Positions 33,590 through 47,007 of a DNA stretch of 64,000 nucleotides are shown piece by piece; the first letter of the stretch is position 1; each line of letters starts with the position of its first letter. The notes under the pieces were generated by a model. The model was not told the origin of the DNA and made no database searches. It saw nothing but the letters and a program-made list of their open reading frames with translations. The stretch is from Macrostomum hystrix (taxonomy: Eukaryota; Animalia; Platyhelminthes): contig CATNEN010000033.1 of the NCBI GenBank assembly GCA_950097015.1, positions 682,001 through 746,000 of the forward strand, written 5' to 3'. The translations under genes were made by a program, and so were the position numbers.

Positions 33590-34740
33590 AGTATTTTCGC
33601 GAAGGTAAGGGCAGTATTTTTGCAAAAGTAGCGTGACTACATCTTATGGTATTTTCGCAAATGCAGATACGTATTCTCAGACAAAGTGACTTTTTACCAT
33701 AGACAAATTTAGTGCATTTCTGTAAATTGCCAAAACTCACGAATGAGTTTTTTTTCGCGAAAAGACAATATGTACTATATTGAATACTTGTAAATGAAAA
33801 ATAGTGTCTGTTTTTGCGAAAATACTGCTATGCTATTAAACAAAGGTAGTTGGCAGTATTTTTGCAAAAGTTCTTAAAGTAGTTTAAAGTACTGTACATG
33901 ACTACATCTTATGGTATTTTCGCGAAAATACTGCTATGCTAATAAACAAAGGTAGTTGGCGGTATTTTTGCAAAAGTTCTTAAAGTAGTGTGCATGACTA
34001 CATCTTATGGTATTTTCGCGAAAATACTGCAATGCTATTAAACAAAGGTAGTTGGCGGTATTTTGCAAAAGTTCTTAAAGTAGTGTGCATGACTACATCT
34101 TATGGTATTTTCGCGAAAATACTGCAATGCTATTAAACAAAGGTAGTTGGCGGTATTTTAGCAAAAGTAGTGTGCATGGCTACATCTTATGGTATTTTCG
34201 CGAATGCAGATACGTATTCTCAGACAAATTGACTTGTACTTTTTTACCATCGACAAATTTAGTATATTTCTGCTAATTGCCAAGAGTCATGTATTTTTTT
34301 CGCGAAAAGACTATAACGTTACTATGATGAATATACTTTTGCAAAAATGCAATGTTCTCAAAACGAAGGTAAGAGCAGTATTTTTGCAAAACGTCTTAAA
34401 GTTGTGTGCATGGATACATCTTATGGCATTTTCGCGAAAATACTGATATGCTATTAAACAAAGGTAGTTAGCGGCATTTTTGCAAAAGTTCTTGAAGGTG
34501 TGTGCATGGCTACATCTTATGGCATTTTCGCAAAAATACTGATATGCTTTAAACAAAGGTAGTTAGCGGTATTTTTGCAAAAGTTCTTGAAGTAGTGTGC
34601 ATGGCTACATCTTATGGTATTTTCGCGAATGCAGATACGTATTCTCAGACAAAGTGACTTGTACTTTTTACCATCGACAAATTTAGTATATTTCTGCTAA
34701 TTGTCAATAATCACGAATGATTTTTTTCGTGAAAATACAA
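33590..34740. repeat. 95-bp palindrome-containing arrays with duplicated linker segments
   Basis: Equivalent of 6895-7830, rearranged. Confidence 0.85.
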
Positions 34741-35043
34741 TATATACTGTGTATCTGCGGCTTTTAAGAAAACGAGAATAGTTTAATCTTAGTTTAATCA
34801 GATGATAATCAAATGATTTCATTTGTTAATTAATTTATTTACTAAAGAAAAAATCACAGTGTTGACAATCATTAGCATCTTAATAATATATAAGAGAGCA
34901 ACAAACAGAACATATGAGATTCTCGGTTGTAAAGAGACGGGTATTAGTGGGGGTATCACAATTGACACAATTGATAATAGTTTGGCAAATCAGACAATCT
35001 GCACATATTAAGTCAGGTGACACGACTGGGACAATATGAGCAT

Positions 35044-36616
35044 TCAGATGTCCAGTCTAGTTCTCGAACTGATCAGGCGCCCAGATCGCGTCCTGTATGC
35101 CGTTCGACGAACTATGAGTAGCTCAGAATCCGAGCTGGTCTCATTGTCATTGCTGACGTGCTGTTGTTCATTATCATCACCTTCGTCGTCGATATCGTCG
35201 TGAACGTTGCCTTGTCTTCCTGATGCTCCATGCATCGGCGATTGACTAAGACTGCGTCGTCTAGACGATGCAGACGAAATAGGCGATGGTGTTGCTGAAT
35301 CGATGGCCGGCTTTGTCGACTCGGTGACGTTGTTGTACATCTGGGGCTAATTGTAGCGGGTCGCATTGTCGACATCCGAGGTCGCTTCTTGTCGGTGGAT
35401 GATGACGCCGCTTTGCCAATGGACGACCGTCGAGTGCGTCGCTTGCGTATGCGTTGACAATGTGGCATCACAATGTCATCAGCAGGTAGAGGAGATGCAG
35501 CCGATGAATTGGTTGCGTCCAGATCAACGCTACAGGCAGAGCGACGACGCTTCGTGTCGTTTTCGGCTGTTGGATGTCGTTGATGTCGACGATCAAGTGG
35601 CCGATTGTGACAGAATGTCTCGAAGCATCCTCTGACGTCGTCGGCGACCATCAGATTGGCCTGCTGTTTGGCCAGGCGTCCATACGCATTGACGACACAG
35701 TTGCGCGATGTGTCGTACAGAGGCGCCAGCTGGTCTAGCTTGTCGGGATGCGCGTGCACATATGCCGACAGTACATTTCGACGCCCATCGCCCATGCGAT
35801 AGGGCCGATCGATGACCAACTCGGCGCCCTGCTTGACAAGCGTGCTGAAACTTGTCGAGTCACGCTGTTTGCCACGATGCGTACGAAACAGCAGACATTT
35901 GCCAGGCCTGACCCGGATGTTGCACTCGGCGAAGTATGGCAATAGATAGTTGTCGATCCATTGCAGTAGACATTCGCCGACTTTGCGTGGCGCAATCTAG
36001 CTTGCACCTTTTCCACGACCGCCCTTTTTGTGTGCCACTTCGGTAGGCGGCAGGACGGTGACAATGGTGGAGGACGTTGATACACCACTATTGAGTGCAG
36101 CATCCAAATAGCAACGCCGGATCGCGACCCAAGGACGTAGTCGGTTGGCATGGACAATGGCTGCACAGAAGAATGCCAGTTCACGAGTGATCGGCATAAT
36201 AAATGCATTCCATTTTCCGACAGTGTTGGCCATTCGACGTGCACATTGCCCAATGCGACCCCAGTAGCCCTTCACGGGTAGATGAGACCACGAATGTTTG
36301 GCGACCATATCAATCAGGCAGTCTAGCCGGTTGTGAATGATGCGCCATTCGTCAGCGGTCAGGAACTTATCCGTGTAGGACAGCTGGCGTTCGTCATCGC
36401 GCAGGTGATAAATATTCTCTTGCCGCTGACGAATCAATCGAATGCAAGCCTGTACATTTTAAAGGGTTATTAAAGAGAAATGCATGCAGTAGCTTCTACA
36501 ATTGTTCATGACATATATTAACTAACATGGTATACAACATGAGACACAACAGTACTGCTCACCATGATTGATTCGATGCGGCTAGTCAACAGACCAGATA
36601 CTGCAGTCTGATGATA
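35044..36616 (-). pseudogene. Disrupted copy of the ZnF-YR gene (end of exon 2, intron 2, exon 3)
   Basis: TGG>TAG at 35997 (ASW>AS*), 4-bp deletion frameshift near 35330, and upstream exons deleted at 36616. Confidence 0.85.
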
Positions 36617-38372
36617 TTTTTAGATTTTAAGAAATATATATTTTTAGAAATACACTAGGGAGATCAAAAAAAGGTCATTCAGCCTTTTGCACGCTTTTAC
36701 ACGCATGCCTACTGTTAGTAGTAGGTATAGCACTAGCGCTATATCGAAGATTTGGCCCGGACTTTTTTGCTCGGTTATTTTTAGCCTGACTTTTTTTCAA
36801 CCAGGAACCCGGAATTTTTTTCACATGTTCGGACTTTTCTGCTCGGTTATTTTTAGCCAGACTTTTTTGCACCATGAGCCCGGACATTTTTACCACTTTT
36901 CTCGGTGTGGCGTACTGACCTTGAGCATGGATTTCTCTTTGTACTCGAAATGTACTCGATTTCCCCTTTGAGGTGAAATCCAAGCCACCCGTGTAAAAAA
37001 GTCCCGGCTTTGGAAAAAAAAGAGTCCAATGCATACGCGCTCAAACTGTTATCTTATCTTTGCTGATCGCAAGATTGAAAGCTCAGTCACCGTCTTGAGC
37101 TCAAAGCCAACTGATATAGTGTTATCAAAAACTCAAACACGAAAAAGAAAGACTGAGAGAAGGAAAGCTGGAGGCAAGCATCTATGTGCCTGCGATTTCG
37201 ATGTCCTCGCAGTTCAGAGAGCAAAATCTGCTGCGTGTGCGTACAGCCAACGTAAAATTCACAATTCCGAATTCGAAAACTGAGCCACTTTATATGCCAA
37301 TTTGATTGCCCAATAATGGAAATGTTTTCTGCAGCAACAGCACAATCCTGGCTTTAAGTATGGCCTTGCTTCTGTATAGTTTTCGGCTAGCATGCCGCCA
37401 GTAGTTAGCTGAACAAACAGTCTAGCAGACAAGCGAGATACTGTCAAGCGAGAACATTATCAGTCAGTACATAACAGATTTGGCAGTACATATCGTTGCA
37501 TTCGATTCTGCTCGCGCTTAAATCAGCATTCCGCGTCTACCGATAAAAAGTGTGCTCCAGAGTTTCATTTAACTTCCGCGGCTGTTTGGAGTTTTTTTAC
37601 CAGAATTTCAATTATATATCCATTTATTTTTTCGCATCCTGTGTGGTTGATATAACAAACTGGTAGAACTTAAAATAGAAAAATTTCAGTCAGCATTCCA
37701 TTGGTTTCAGATGGTCTTTTAATGAATTAAAAAATTAATAAAGTAAAATTTGACTGAACAGATGCTCTCTCAGGTCTACAACTCCAACAGATGTACTACG
37801 TGTATTTATACGGGGACTTCCTGTTATTAAAACCTGCACCTGCAGATTGAGTCATCTTTCGATCATCCGATTGAAGATGTCGCCTACTATACTTTCCAGG
37901 CTGATTCTATACGGCGTAATGGTGGCCACATTAAAGAAGGCCACAAGTTTTTTGCGTCTGTATTCGCCATATGCTTTCTGTTGAAGGAAGCCGACTCAAA
38001 CTATCCGAAGGTGGCGTCTTTTGGGTAAATGCGCACGGCAATGCCCTGCTTAGTGCTATTGTACGCAAGGGCTTAATCGAAAAAAACTGGGCCCTAATAT
38101 GCGAACATAGCAGCTTCACATGATCATTTACTTCCTAGCTTATGATCACATTTTCAGAAGTGTCCAGTTACCGCAGGTTCTTACGGACTGCGCCTCTAAT
38201 TCTGTTGCCTTTTTCTTTGCTCCTATCGACAACGAAGAATATGACTTGCTGGAACGTGACTTGCTTGCTAGAGCCAAAGAATCAGACATCTGTTACGATG
38301 TTAAAGACAATTTTTGTCTATATGTTATCTATTTTTAATATAAAAAATTAGTCATTTCATACACAAGATCTA

Positions 38373-39960
38373 CGACGGGTGTTCCATAAGTACTTATACA
38401 TGTACTTATGCATGCCGATAATAAAACTACGAGATTACGAGAGTACTTAACAGATTCTCACAAGCTTGATGTCGTTGAAAAGCGGCTGGATCATTTTATC
38501 TTTTGACGCAGGGATGAAATTATTTTTTTGATCAACTTTTTTAAAAGTTACAGAGCCAGTAGGTACTCAGGGGTCACCCACAGACTTACAAGAAAGTTCA
38601 TTTAAGTTCAAATAATATATTGCACCAGCTGGTTTATCTGAGATTCTGCTGTGAATTATTCTCAACACCACTCGCAGCGTTTCTGTGAATTTGTCTATGG
38701 AAAAAATGGCAAAAGTATTGCTGAGCACTTGGTTCTTAAAGTTGGCTTATTGCATTTTTAAGCGAACTAAAACTCACCAACACGACCATCAATTCAGAGC
38801 GCTACGACTCAACACAAAACAAACTACATCAAGACATCCAGAACAATCGCCGAACAGACCCAAAGCGTGTCATTCTCTATCACTTTTGCCCTTTGGTCAG
38901 TAGGATGGAGTGGAGCCAAGATTTTTTTACCACTTATTCTCCGTCCACGGTGAGAACAGCCTGAAAAACTGCCATTTACGGATGGATCGAAAGCTTTAGA
39001 AATGGCCAGTCTGCTGTGAATGATCAGCCACGCTCTGGCCGTCCTTGCACGTCGGGTGGCGAGACATCCCATCAACGGATCGAGGCCCTGCTGGACTCGG
39101 ATGCCCGCTTGACTATTCGAGAGATCTCTGATCGATTGGGTATTGTCAAGTCGACTGTCCATCGAATAATCGTCAACGACCTGGGTCTCTCAAAGATCTC
39201 AGCCACCTGGGTTCCCCGCCTCCTCACACCGGAGCTCAGGGCACAACGACCGAGCGTCGCCAAGTCCAACATTGAGCTCATTCAGAGGCAAGGTGGCTGG
39301 AGCGACTTCAGTAAGCTGATCATTTCTGGTGACGAGACCTGGATTTCGTTTTTTTATCCTGAGACATAAGAAGAAAGCCGGGTTTGGACAAAGAAAGGGT
39401 CACCTGCCCATGTGAAGGCCCAGCGAGACCAGCATTCGAAGAAAGTCATGCTGACTCTCTTCTTTGACCACTGTGGTCCACTGACCATTGATTTTCTGGA
39501 GGAAGGGACCACCATTAATGCTGATCGCTACGTTGCTACCCTGGCCAGACTAAAGGATGATGTGAGGAACAAGCGGCGTCATTCTGGTGAGAAGCCCTGC
39601 TTTTTGCACCATGACAATGCTCGGCCACACACCGCTAGACAGCCGATGGCGCAGATCGACCGGCTGAGTTTTGAGTTGGTGCCTCACCCGCCCTACTCGC
39701 CAGACTTGGCCCCTGCCGATTTTGCCATCTTTCCACAAATGAAGAAACTTGTTTGGAGTAATGATCAGCCAAACGCCCATGCGAGGTCGCGTCTTCACCA
39801 GTCGACATGAAGTCATTGCGGCGGCCAACGAATCTCACCATGCCTGCGAGTTTGCCTGCCGCGCTGCCTGCGAGTTTTTGGGGGTAGGAATCGACAATTT
39901 GCTGTATCGCTATAAGAAGTGTATCCAGCTCAATGACAGCTTTTGTGGAGCGTGCTGAAA
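38373..39960 (+). mobile_element. Decayed mariner (D,D34D-type) transposon; right TIR not found
   Basis: TA+CGACGGGTGTTCCATAAG left end; broken ORFs with DQPRSGRP, WVPRLL, ISGDETW, KKVMLTLFFD, HHDNARPH, HPPYSPDLAPADF. Confidence 0.88.
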
Positions 39961-40242
39961 TCTCTGAAGAAATGGACGTAGGCGCTGATTTTTGCGACCA
40001 GCACGCTTCACCCGACCGCCACCTGCTGGCCAGAGATTATCTCAGTCTGCACCCACCGGTGTTGCTGGCGTCGCGCGGTGCAGGAGCTGCTCGGCAGGGA
40101 GCTTAACGGCCCCTGGCCCCATTCCCGCAACTGACCCCTCCATGGCGCCAGGCCCGGATGCCGGAGGTCGTCTTCGATATACAGCTGGCTGTAGTCTGTG
40201 GCCACCGTCCCGGGCAGCTGTCGCCGAGATTAATTCATCGCC

Positions 40243-41215
40243 ATGCTGGGAGCTCGAGAACAACGCTCGATTAGTATCTCGACAGAAGGGATTGGAAGGC
40301 GATTTGCCCGCTGTTATTTGCCTTCTATTTGCGAGAATAGAAGAGCTGCGTCAACAGCCCTGATTGGTTATGCGGACGATCAGTCTGTTGCGACGGCGGC
40401 CTTTAGCCTCGAGATGATCGAGCGCGAACTAAACGAGTTCAACACCCAGCAGATCCACGGCCAGGCCATTCCTCATTCGCAGCACCCTAAGATCCTGGGT
40501 GTCACGCGAAACCCAAAGCTGATGTTTAAAAAGCACGCGCAGCTCACGATTGAAAAAGCTAGGACCCGCTGCAAGATTCTTTGCGCCCTCGAGGGCACCT
40601 CGTGGGGTGCCACAAGGAAACACTGCTGGACACTTATAGAGCAATTTGACGGCCAGTACTGGAGAATGCGGCCCCCCGATCCTGGCGGACTTGCACTCAT
40701 CTCGTATGCAAAATCAGCGCTGACTGTGGAGGCGGACCTGGACGATGAAGTGGCTCTGCTGGATGTCTGCGCGCACTGTGGACTGCACTCGCTGCAATTT
40801 CTAATGACTGCCAGGCACCCGGGCCATCCACGTTACGATCTGATTTGGCAACCTCGCCCGCGGCGCCCGCTGAAGTTGACGGTTTTCAGCAAGGCTGGTG
40901 ATCTGCCGATTCTGCCCGAGGCAGCCTCAATCTAGCAGGGGCTGCACGCTAACCACACCCGGGTTGTCGCTCAAGTGCTGGAAGCACGGCCCCCGAACAG
41001 TGATTGGCGACCGTCCGAAAATCAACAGCGAAAAAGTCGGGCTGCCACGTGAGGCTTCCACTGCCGCCTCGCTCAGCTCCGTTCAGGATTCTGTCCGCTA
41101 CTGACAGACTTTCAGCACCGCCTGAATTCCAAGGTTGAAGACCGCTGCGGTTACTGCGGGCAGTTGGGCCACAGCACGGGGCACCTCTTCACTTGCCCGG
41201 CACCAACGGCCAGGG
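40243..41215 (+). mobile_element. Non-LTR retrotransposon fragment (RT C-terminal part and Cys/His knuckle)
   Basis: GYADD, PKILGVT..PKLMFKKH, LEGTSWG, and a downstream RCGYCGQLGHSTGHLFTCP-like segment in another frame. Confidence 0.75.
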
Positions 41216-43844
41216 ACCATCTTTACTAACCTATACTACTGTTTCTACACTTTTCCAGGGGCTACCACACACACATCAATCGAAGACTCGGATCACCTTT
41301 AACGTGTTCAAAGCCGACATCCGCCAATTCCGACGCCGGCTAGACCTAAGCATTTGGGACCGCCAGGTGCCAAAGGCCAAAGCCGTTTGGCACCCGAGCC
41401 GAGAAGGTGGCGGTTTGCCAGCTTAGCTCCGCCAGCTGCAGACCGCCTGTGCTACAGCAGGCCAAGAGGAAGCTACCCGAGATGGCAGGATGAAACTTGC
41501 AAGAAGTTTGCGACAAGGTGCGGGGAACTGCAGTTTCAGTTACGCTGACTTGGATGACTGTCCATGGATCAATCCATTTTTGGACTGGCAAGCAAGGATA
41601 TCGTTACTGATACTGATAGAGATACTGATACTGATACTGAAGTTACTGATAGAGATCAAGGAAGATCAAGTGAAGGATCAAGCACTGGATTTTGACCGCC
41701 ATGTCACGGTGTGCAAACTAGCAGACATTGTGGGTCTCCATCCTACAGCCGTTGGCACCATCTGCTGCTTGAGCTATCACAGCTATAGCTGAGCAGACTA
41801 TTTCTTGTTTGCCAATTCGAAGCGGGACCTTAAAGGTCGGCATTCTTCAATAACAAGGAGCTCACTTGCCGGTAAACACTAAAGCTTGGTTTGCATTCCC
41901 GTAAAACCATAAATCGATAAAAAAATCGCTATCGGCCATTGTTCTGATCTATGTAAGTCTAAAATACCTTGAGCTCGTAAGACAAGAAATTAATTTAATG
42001 GAATAAAAGTACGAGCCGAGCTATAACTATATGAAACTAATTCACCTGCTAATTAGCTTGAATATAAAAGATTGACTGAGCGTATGTTCCTAATTTCAAA
42101 TAGTCTCTAATTTTATGAAGTCGATAACCCTGACATTAATACATTTGTTTTACATTGTCTAGCTTTAATAACAAATTATAGTATAATACGTACATAACAA
42201 AAATACTCTTATAATATAACTTACTTCGAAAACCGTCGATCAGCTAAGGAAAATATATATTGGAAAGCAGCGAAACGAGACAAATTTAACTTAGGAATTC
42301 AAACTTCTAAGAACATGAGTTCTCGACTTGTCGCATCTTTTTGCAAAGCGAATTAGAAGCGAATCTAGTTTTTTAGCCTTGTTATGGAAGCCATAGACAT
42401 CACACATTTTTTGCTTCAAAACAGGGTCGATAAAAATTCTATGCTTTGTTTAAACAAAGGGCGAAGGCCAGTAATGGCCATAGATTATGCTTTTAACGAG
42501 GGCCTCTGACTTGTTTTTTTCGCACCTTAGTGTTTTAGTTGACCGTAGTTTTAGTTGACCGAGGGAGAAGGCAGAATTTTTTTCTGTCCTAACCCCCGTT
42601 CTTATTGGTTACAGCTTATTTACCCCCAAAAATTCCTACCCTCTGTTAGTTCCACACACAGCCAGCTATCCGAGCTATTTAACGTAAACAAGTTTAGAAC
42701 AACGAGGCTCAGAACTAAAGTACATTAAGTTGTTTTGATCAGCCATCCCTAACCATCTTTTTGCGTCTATAATATTTGTGAAGGCAAGTCTTGGACTTCG
42801 ACACTGCATTCTGAGAATGTGTGCTGTTTTTTTTCCACGACTTTATTTTACAGTCTAAGCCGAGGGTGAAGGTGTAATATTTGACAAAAAAGCTATATGC
42901 AAACCTATATGGAGCGTAAGAGAGTTTAAATCTAGACACGATTGTCTATCACATACATAGACAATGCCCTACCAATCATTTTAACAGTAGCAGTAACAGA
43001 AATAAAATTTTATAGTAGATAAAATAGGGGGTGACTGATTGGGTGACAGACTAGTGGAGGGTGTCCTGTGGTTGAGCTGCGCCTAATAGTTAGGCTTGAA
43101 CAGCGAAATTGGAGAAATTCGTGTCAGCTGGGTGTCCATAGTGGCCTAGTTCCACCTGTTGTAGCTCTTGAAGGTCCAGATAGATAAGAGAGATAGATCT
43201 AGATAAAGGTCGGTGACCGCCGAAGTCGGAGATGATGCAAGCACATTCGGGTGACATGCTGATAAAGTTTGAAGGTCTGGAAAGGCCGCACTGAGGCGCA
43301 GTGCAAATTCGTGTATAGGGGTGTATGAAATACACTAGCTCTTATGGGAAAAATCGGATCTTCGGCCAGAAAAATTGAATATCTCGACGGTCTTAAGAGC
43401 TGGCGACTTGTTTCTTGTTTCAGAAGATGCGCAACAAAAAGTTGGTCCGTGTTCTTGAGTTTCGTGTGCTTGCAGTTGCATTGTTCCGTTCAGGTGCAGC
43501 AAAATAAATTGTCGGGGGGGGGAATTCCCCCCTTCTGTTCTACTGTTAAATGTCTATGGTCTCGTATTATGGACTGCGTCCCCTTGACCCATGCTTCCAC
43601 CACTCTTACTGTGTGCAAGAATGAATCCAACAACACTGCAATTTCCACACCCTGACTCGTGTGTCTATGGCAAAAAGCACTCGTGCGTAGAATGTCCGAG
43701 GCTGCGAGCGAAGCGAAGCACTCGTGCTTTTGCCATTGACACACTCGTCACAGTGCGGAAATATACCAATCTGAGCTGAGCCATGTACATTAAACAAAAG
43801 GGAGGGGATGGCCCGCTATAGCCCCCCTTCAAGCCACAGACACT

Positions 43845-46800
43845 CAGGCTGAGAATCCCCCTCCCCCTCGACTTTTTTCGATCGGGCGGCACAGCCATCC
43901 ATTCCATCCCCGCAACCGCAAGCGAAAGCGAAAGCCTTGGCCCCAGCTTATGTACATTCAAGCCTCAATAGACAGAAATCTCGTCCCTACAAACAAACAC
44001 TGACAAATGCATGGAAAGCTGTCGCCTGTGTATTCTATTTCTAAGTCAAGCTTCAACTAATGAAATTTCGTTTTCAATTTTCGTGTGATGCAAAAAAGTT
44101 AATCGCAAAAAACAGGATGATCTTTCATTAATTACTGCAGCTTACTTCATATTCATACTTCATAAGATAATTAAACTTTCCAAGACTAAAGCACCATATT
44201 CATTTCAATGCTGGGCACACAATTTATATGCGAAACTTACATGCGATTACTTAACTATTTTAGCAAAACTTTCACTCAAGTTTGCGTTATTTGTGTGCAT
44301 GAAAAAATCACGTTTTATAAATGGAAATCAATACTATACATCTGAAATGTGATGCACAGCTTCAAGTCACATGTCATTGTCTTGGTAACAACTAGACGCA
44401 CCTATTTAAACCATTTTCAATGACATTGGAGCAAAGAACAACATTTTATTAGAGTAAACTCGAAAATGCTGCTTCTCTTAAAAGTACAGCATCGTGTACT
44501 GACGCTCAATCAATGTTCACAGGCAGGCATGGATGCTGTCCTTTTGAAGAGGGCTCTAAATGCTGTCCAACGACACCAAACTTGATTCGAGAAATTGCAC
44601 TACTAAAATCTTATGAGTAAATCTTATGAGAAATTGGCATAGGCCCCGGGTGTCAAAATTGCCGCAACGTGCCGTCCATTTCGAAAAATCGAATTTTCCA
44701 ACACTAATGCAGCTGCTCATCGGATGCAGCATAGTATTGGGTACATTTCGTCTCTGTACATAGAAAATTCGCAAGACCGTTTTTACAAAATTTACCTTTA
44801 AAGGTTCGAAAAATTGCATGATTTATTCAATTTCTACGAAAACAACACGTTTTCCAGCTGCAAATCAAGATTTAGCATCTGGAATGTGCCGCTGACTTTA
44901 AGTTGACATCTCATTCTCTTTCAAACATACACATGCGCCTATTGACACAATGTTGAGCTCAATGCGACAAAGTGCACTATCGTAGAGGCAGAAATGGCAA
45001 ACTTTTTCTCTCATACGTACACCTGTACAGGTACATATTTTAGTACAGATGGCCAACTACTGAATGTGTGTACACGAGTCTAGTATCAAATGAAAGAGGG
45101 TCCAAAATGCAATTCAGCAAAGCTAAGCACAACACCAACGGATGCAGCAATCAAAAGTTATGACTGATCCCGTTTTTCATGTTTTAGCCCTCCCAGGGGG
45201 GTCCAAAATTGCGATTTGCGCATCCACCTTCGGGTCAAGTGGATGCTTAGAAAATTCAAAATATACATTTTGTGCGCACATATGTTGCGCTTCTAAAAAA
45301 CTCAAGCCGCATTCAAATCGCACATTAAATACGTTCTGGCCATGCGGTTTTGTTCCTCGAAAAATGACTAAAAATGACCAAAATCACGTTTTTGGGATTT
45401 AATTACCCTCATCTTCGGTAAACAACATCCAATCAGTCTGAAACCAACATTGTCGTATAGGCGACACCCAAGAAAGTTGGTTGACATGTGTTGAAATGCA
45501 ATTCAAGTCACATGTCTGTGTCATAGAGGCGTCCAAAGTGCACCCTGTACTAAAAGTGCTTTTAAAAGTGCACATTTTTTTCAATCACAAAAGTACATGG
45601 TCAAAAAATTTCTTCATTATCAAGTAGGCCCATGAGTTGGGGTTACTACACAGCAACTCAATGTAAAAAAGCATGCACATTTTTTCAACCTCAAAAACCC
45701 GTTTTTTGACCCTTTGACCCTAAAGATGGGCCAGCAAGAAAAAATCCATATCAAATCATTGCAGGCTTCTGTAGCCCGCATCGTCTGGATAGAGTCATTG
45801 GGCGACACCATAAAATGCCAAAATAAGCGCCGAGAGACCAATTTTTGTCATGTCCAAAAAAATCTTGTTTTTGGTTGCAATGGCAACCAAAGCGCGTTGC
45901 CATGGCAACGCTTTTCACTTCAGTACATAGACCCAAGTCTTTTACATGTTTTGCAAAAAACCGCATCCAAATCGGTTCAACTGGGAAAAAGCGGTAATCG
46001 TTAAAAGTTGAATAACGTGCTTTCCTATCCCGACACGTTGGTTACATCTTATCAAGATGAGATATCGCATCCGTAATGGCTAGGGATGCCAACCGGTTTT
46101 TAAACCGGTTTTTAGCAGGAAAACCGGTTCTAAAAAACCCGGTTTTTTTGTCCGGTTTTATGACGGTTTTTAATGGGTTTGTTATTTTAATTATGTCTCA
46201 CAGAGTCACAATTTTTGCACTTTTAAGACAAAATAACTGGTAACAAAATTTGCTTCGTGGTGGCAGCGCTACTAAGTCCTTTCAAATTGAACATTAAACT
46301 TAAAATTAAATCGAAGTTGAACTTAAAGTATAAATCTAAATTGGGGCCTAATCTAAAACTATCTAAGTCTAAACCTAAGAACATCAAGGGTTCGCCGTTT
46401 CTAATCTAACCATCCCAGGGTACCGCCATTTCGAGACTGTGACCAGTTTGCCTTGGCCAAAATCATCAAATTAATCAATCATTGCTACCAGTGCATCATT
46501 AAGTTTAAAGTAATCTAATTATTCAGCAAAATTAAGAGTTCGCGAATTAGTTACGAACTGATCCGAGCTAAATCTCAATTTATATTAAGTTCGCATTGGG
46601 TCTTTATTTTAGTTCGCATTTAGTTCGCATTGGCTACGGAACGATTCCGAAGAAAGTCCACGGAAAATTTGAATTGGCGCGATATTCAATTTCCGCGAAA
46701 CCTAACTATAACAAATTTAAAATTAATAATTCCAAGAAACTTTTAGTTATTGTTAATCGGCACGCACACCTTTAACAAATTCACGATTGTATATAAGTTC

Positions 46801-47007
46801 TATCTTCTATGCTTATTTAGTGCTTTTTAAAAACTTGGCACACAAACCGGTTTTTAAAGACCGGTTTTCTTATAAAAGGCGGTTTTCAAACCGGTTAACC
46901 GGTTCTCAAAAAGGGCCGGTTTTTGGCATCTCTAGTAATGGCCAAGAGAAAGACTCGCTTACGCTCGGCTTCCTCTTGGCCATTACTGGCTCACTCATCC
47001 CAACTAG
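43845..47007 (+). mobile_element. ~2.1-kb non-coding repeat, copy 1 (possible non-autonomous Helitron), interrupted by a hAT MITE
   Basis: Inverted near-identical copy at 51548-53745; ends in TGGCTCACTCATCCCAACTAG. Confidence 0.6.
46081..46934. mobile_element. Non-autonomous hAT-like MITE
   Basis: TIRs TAGGGATGCC / GGCATCTCTA, 8-bp TSD GTAATGGC (46073-46080, 46935-46942), subterminal AACCGGTT repeats. Confidence 0.9.

Larger units (their letters stand above)
29216..36695 (-). mobile_element. Element A, copy 2 (truncated, internally deleted, Tc1-type insertion)
   Basis: Colinear with 4580-9703 and then 12913-12965. Confidence 0.8.

Noticed and set aside
36700-38340. Decayed DNA transposon with CCCGGACTTTTT subterminal repeats
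   Set aside because: No matching second terminus or transposase motif could be identified by eye.
44556-46004. Duplicated short ORFs (87, 86, 61, 73, 96 aa; mirrored at 51594-53099)
   Set aside because: They are conserved only because the repeat copies are nearly identical; no recognisable domain or coding bias.
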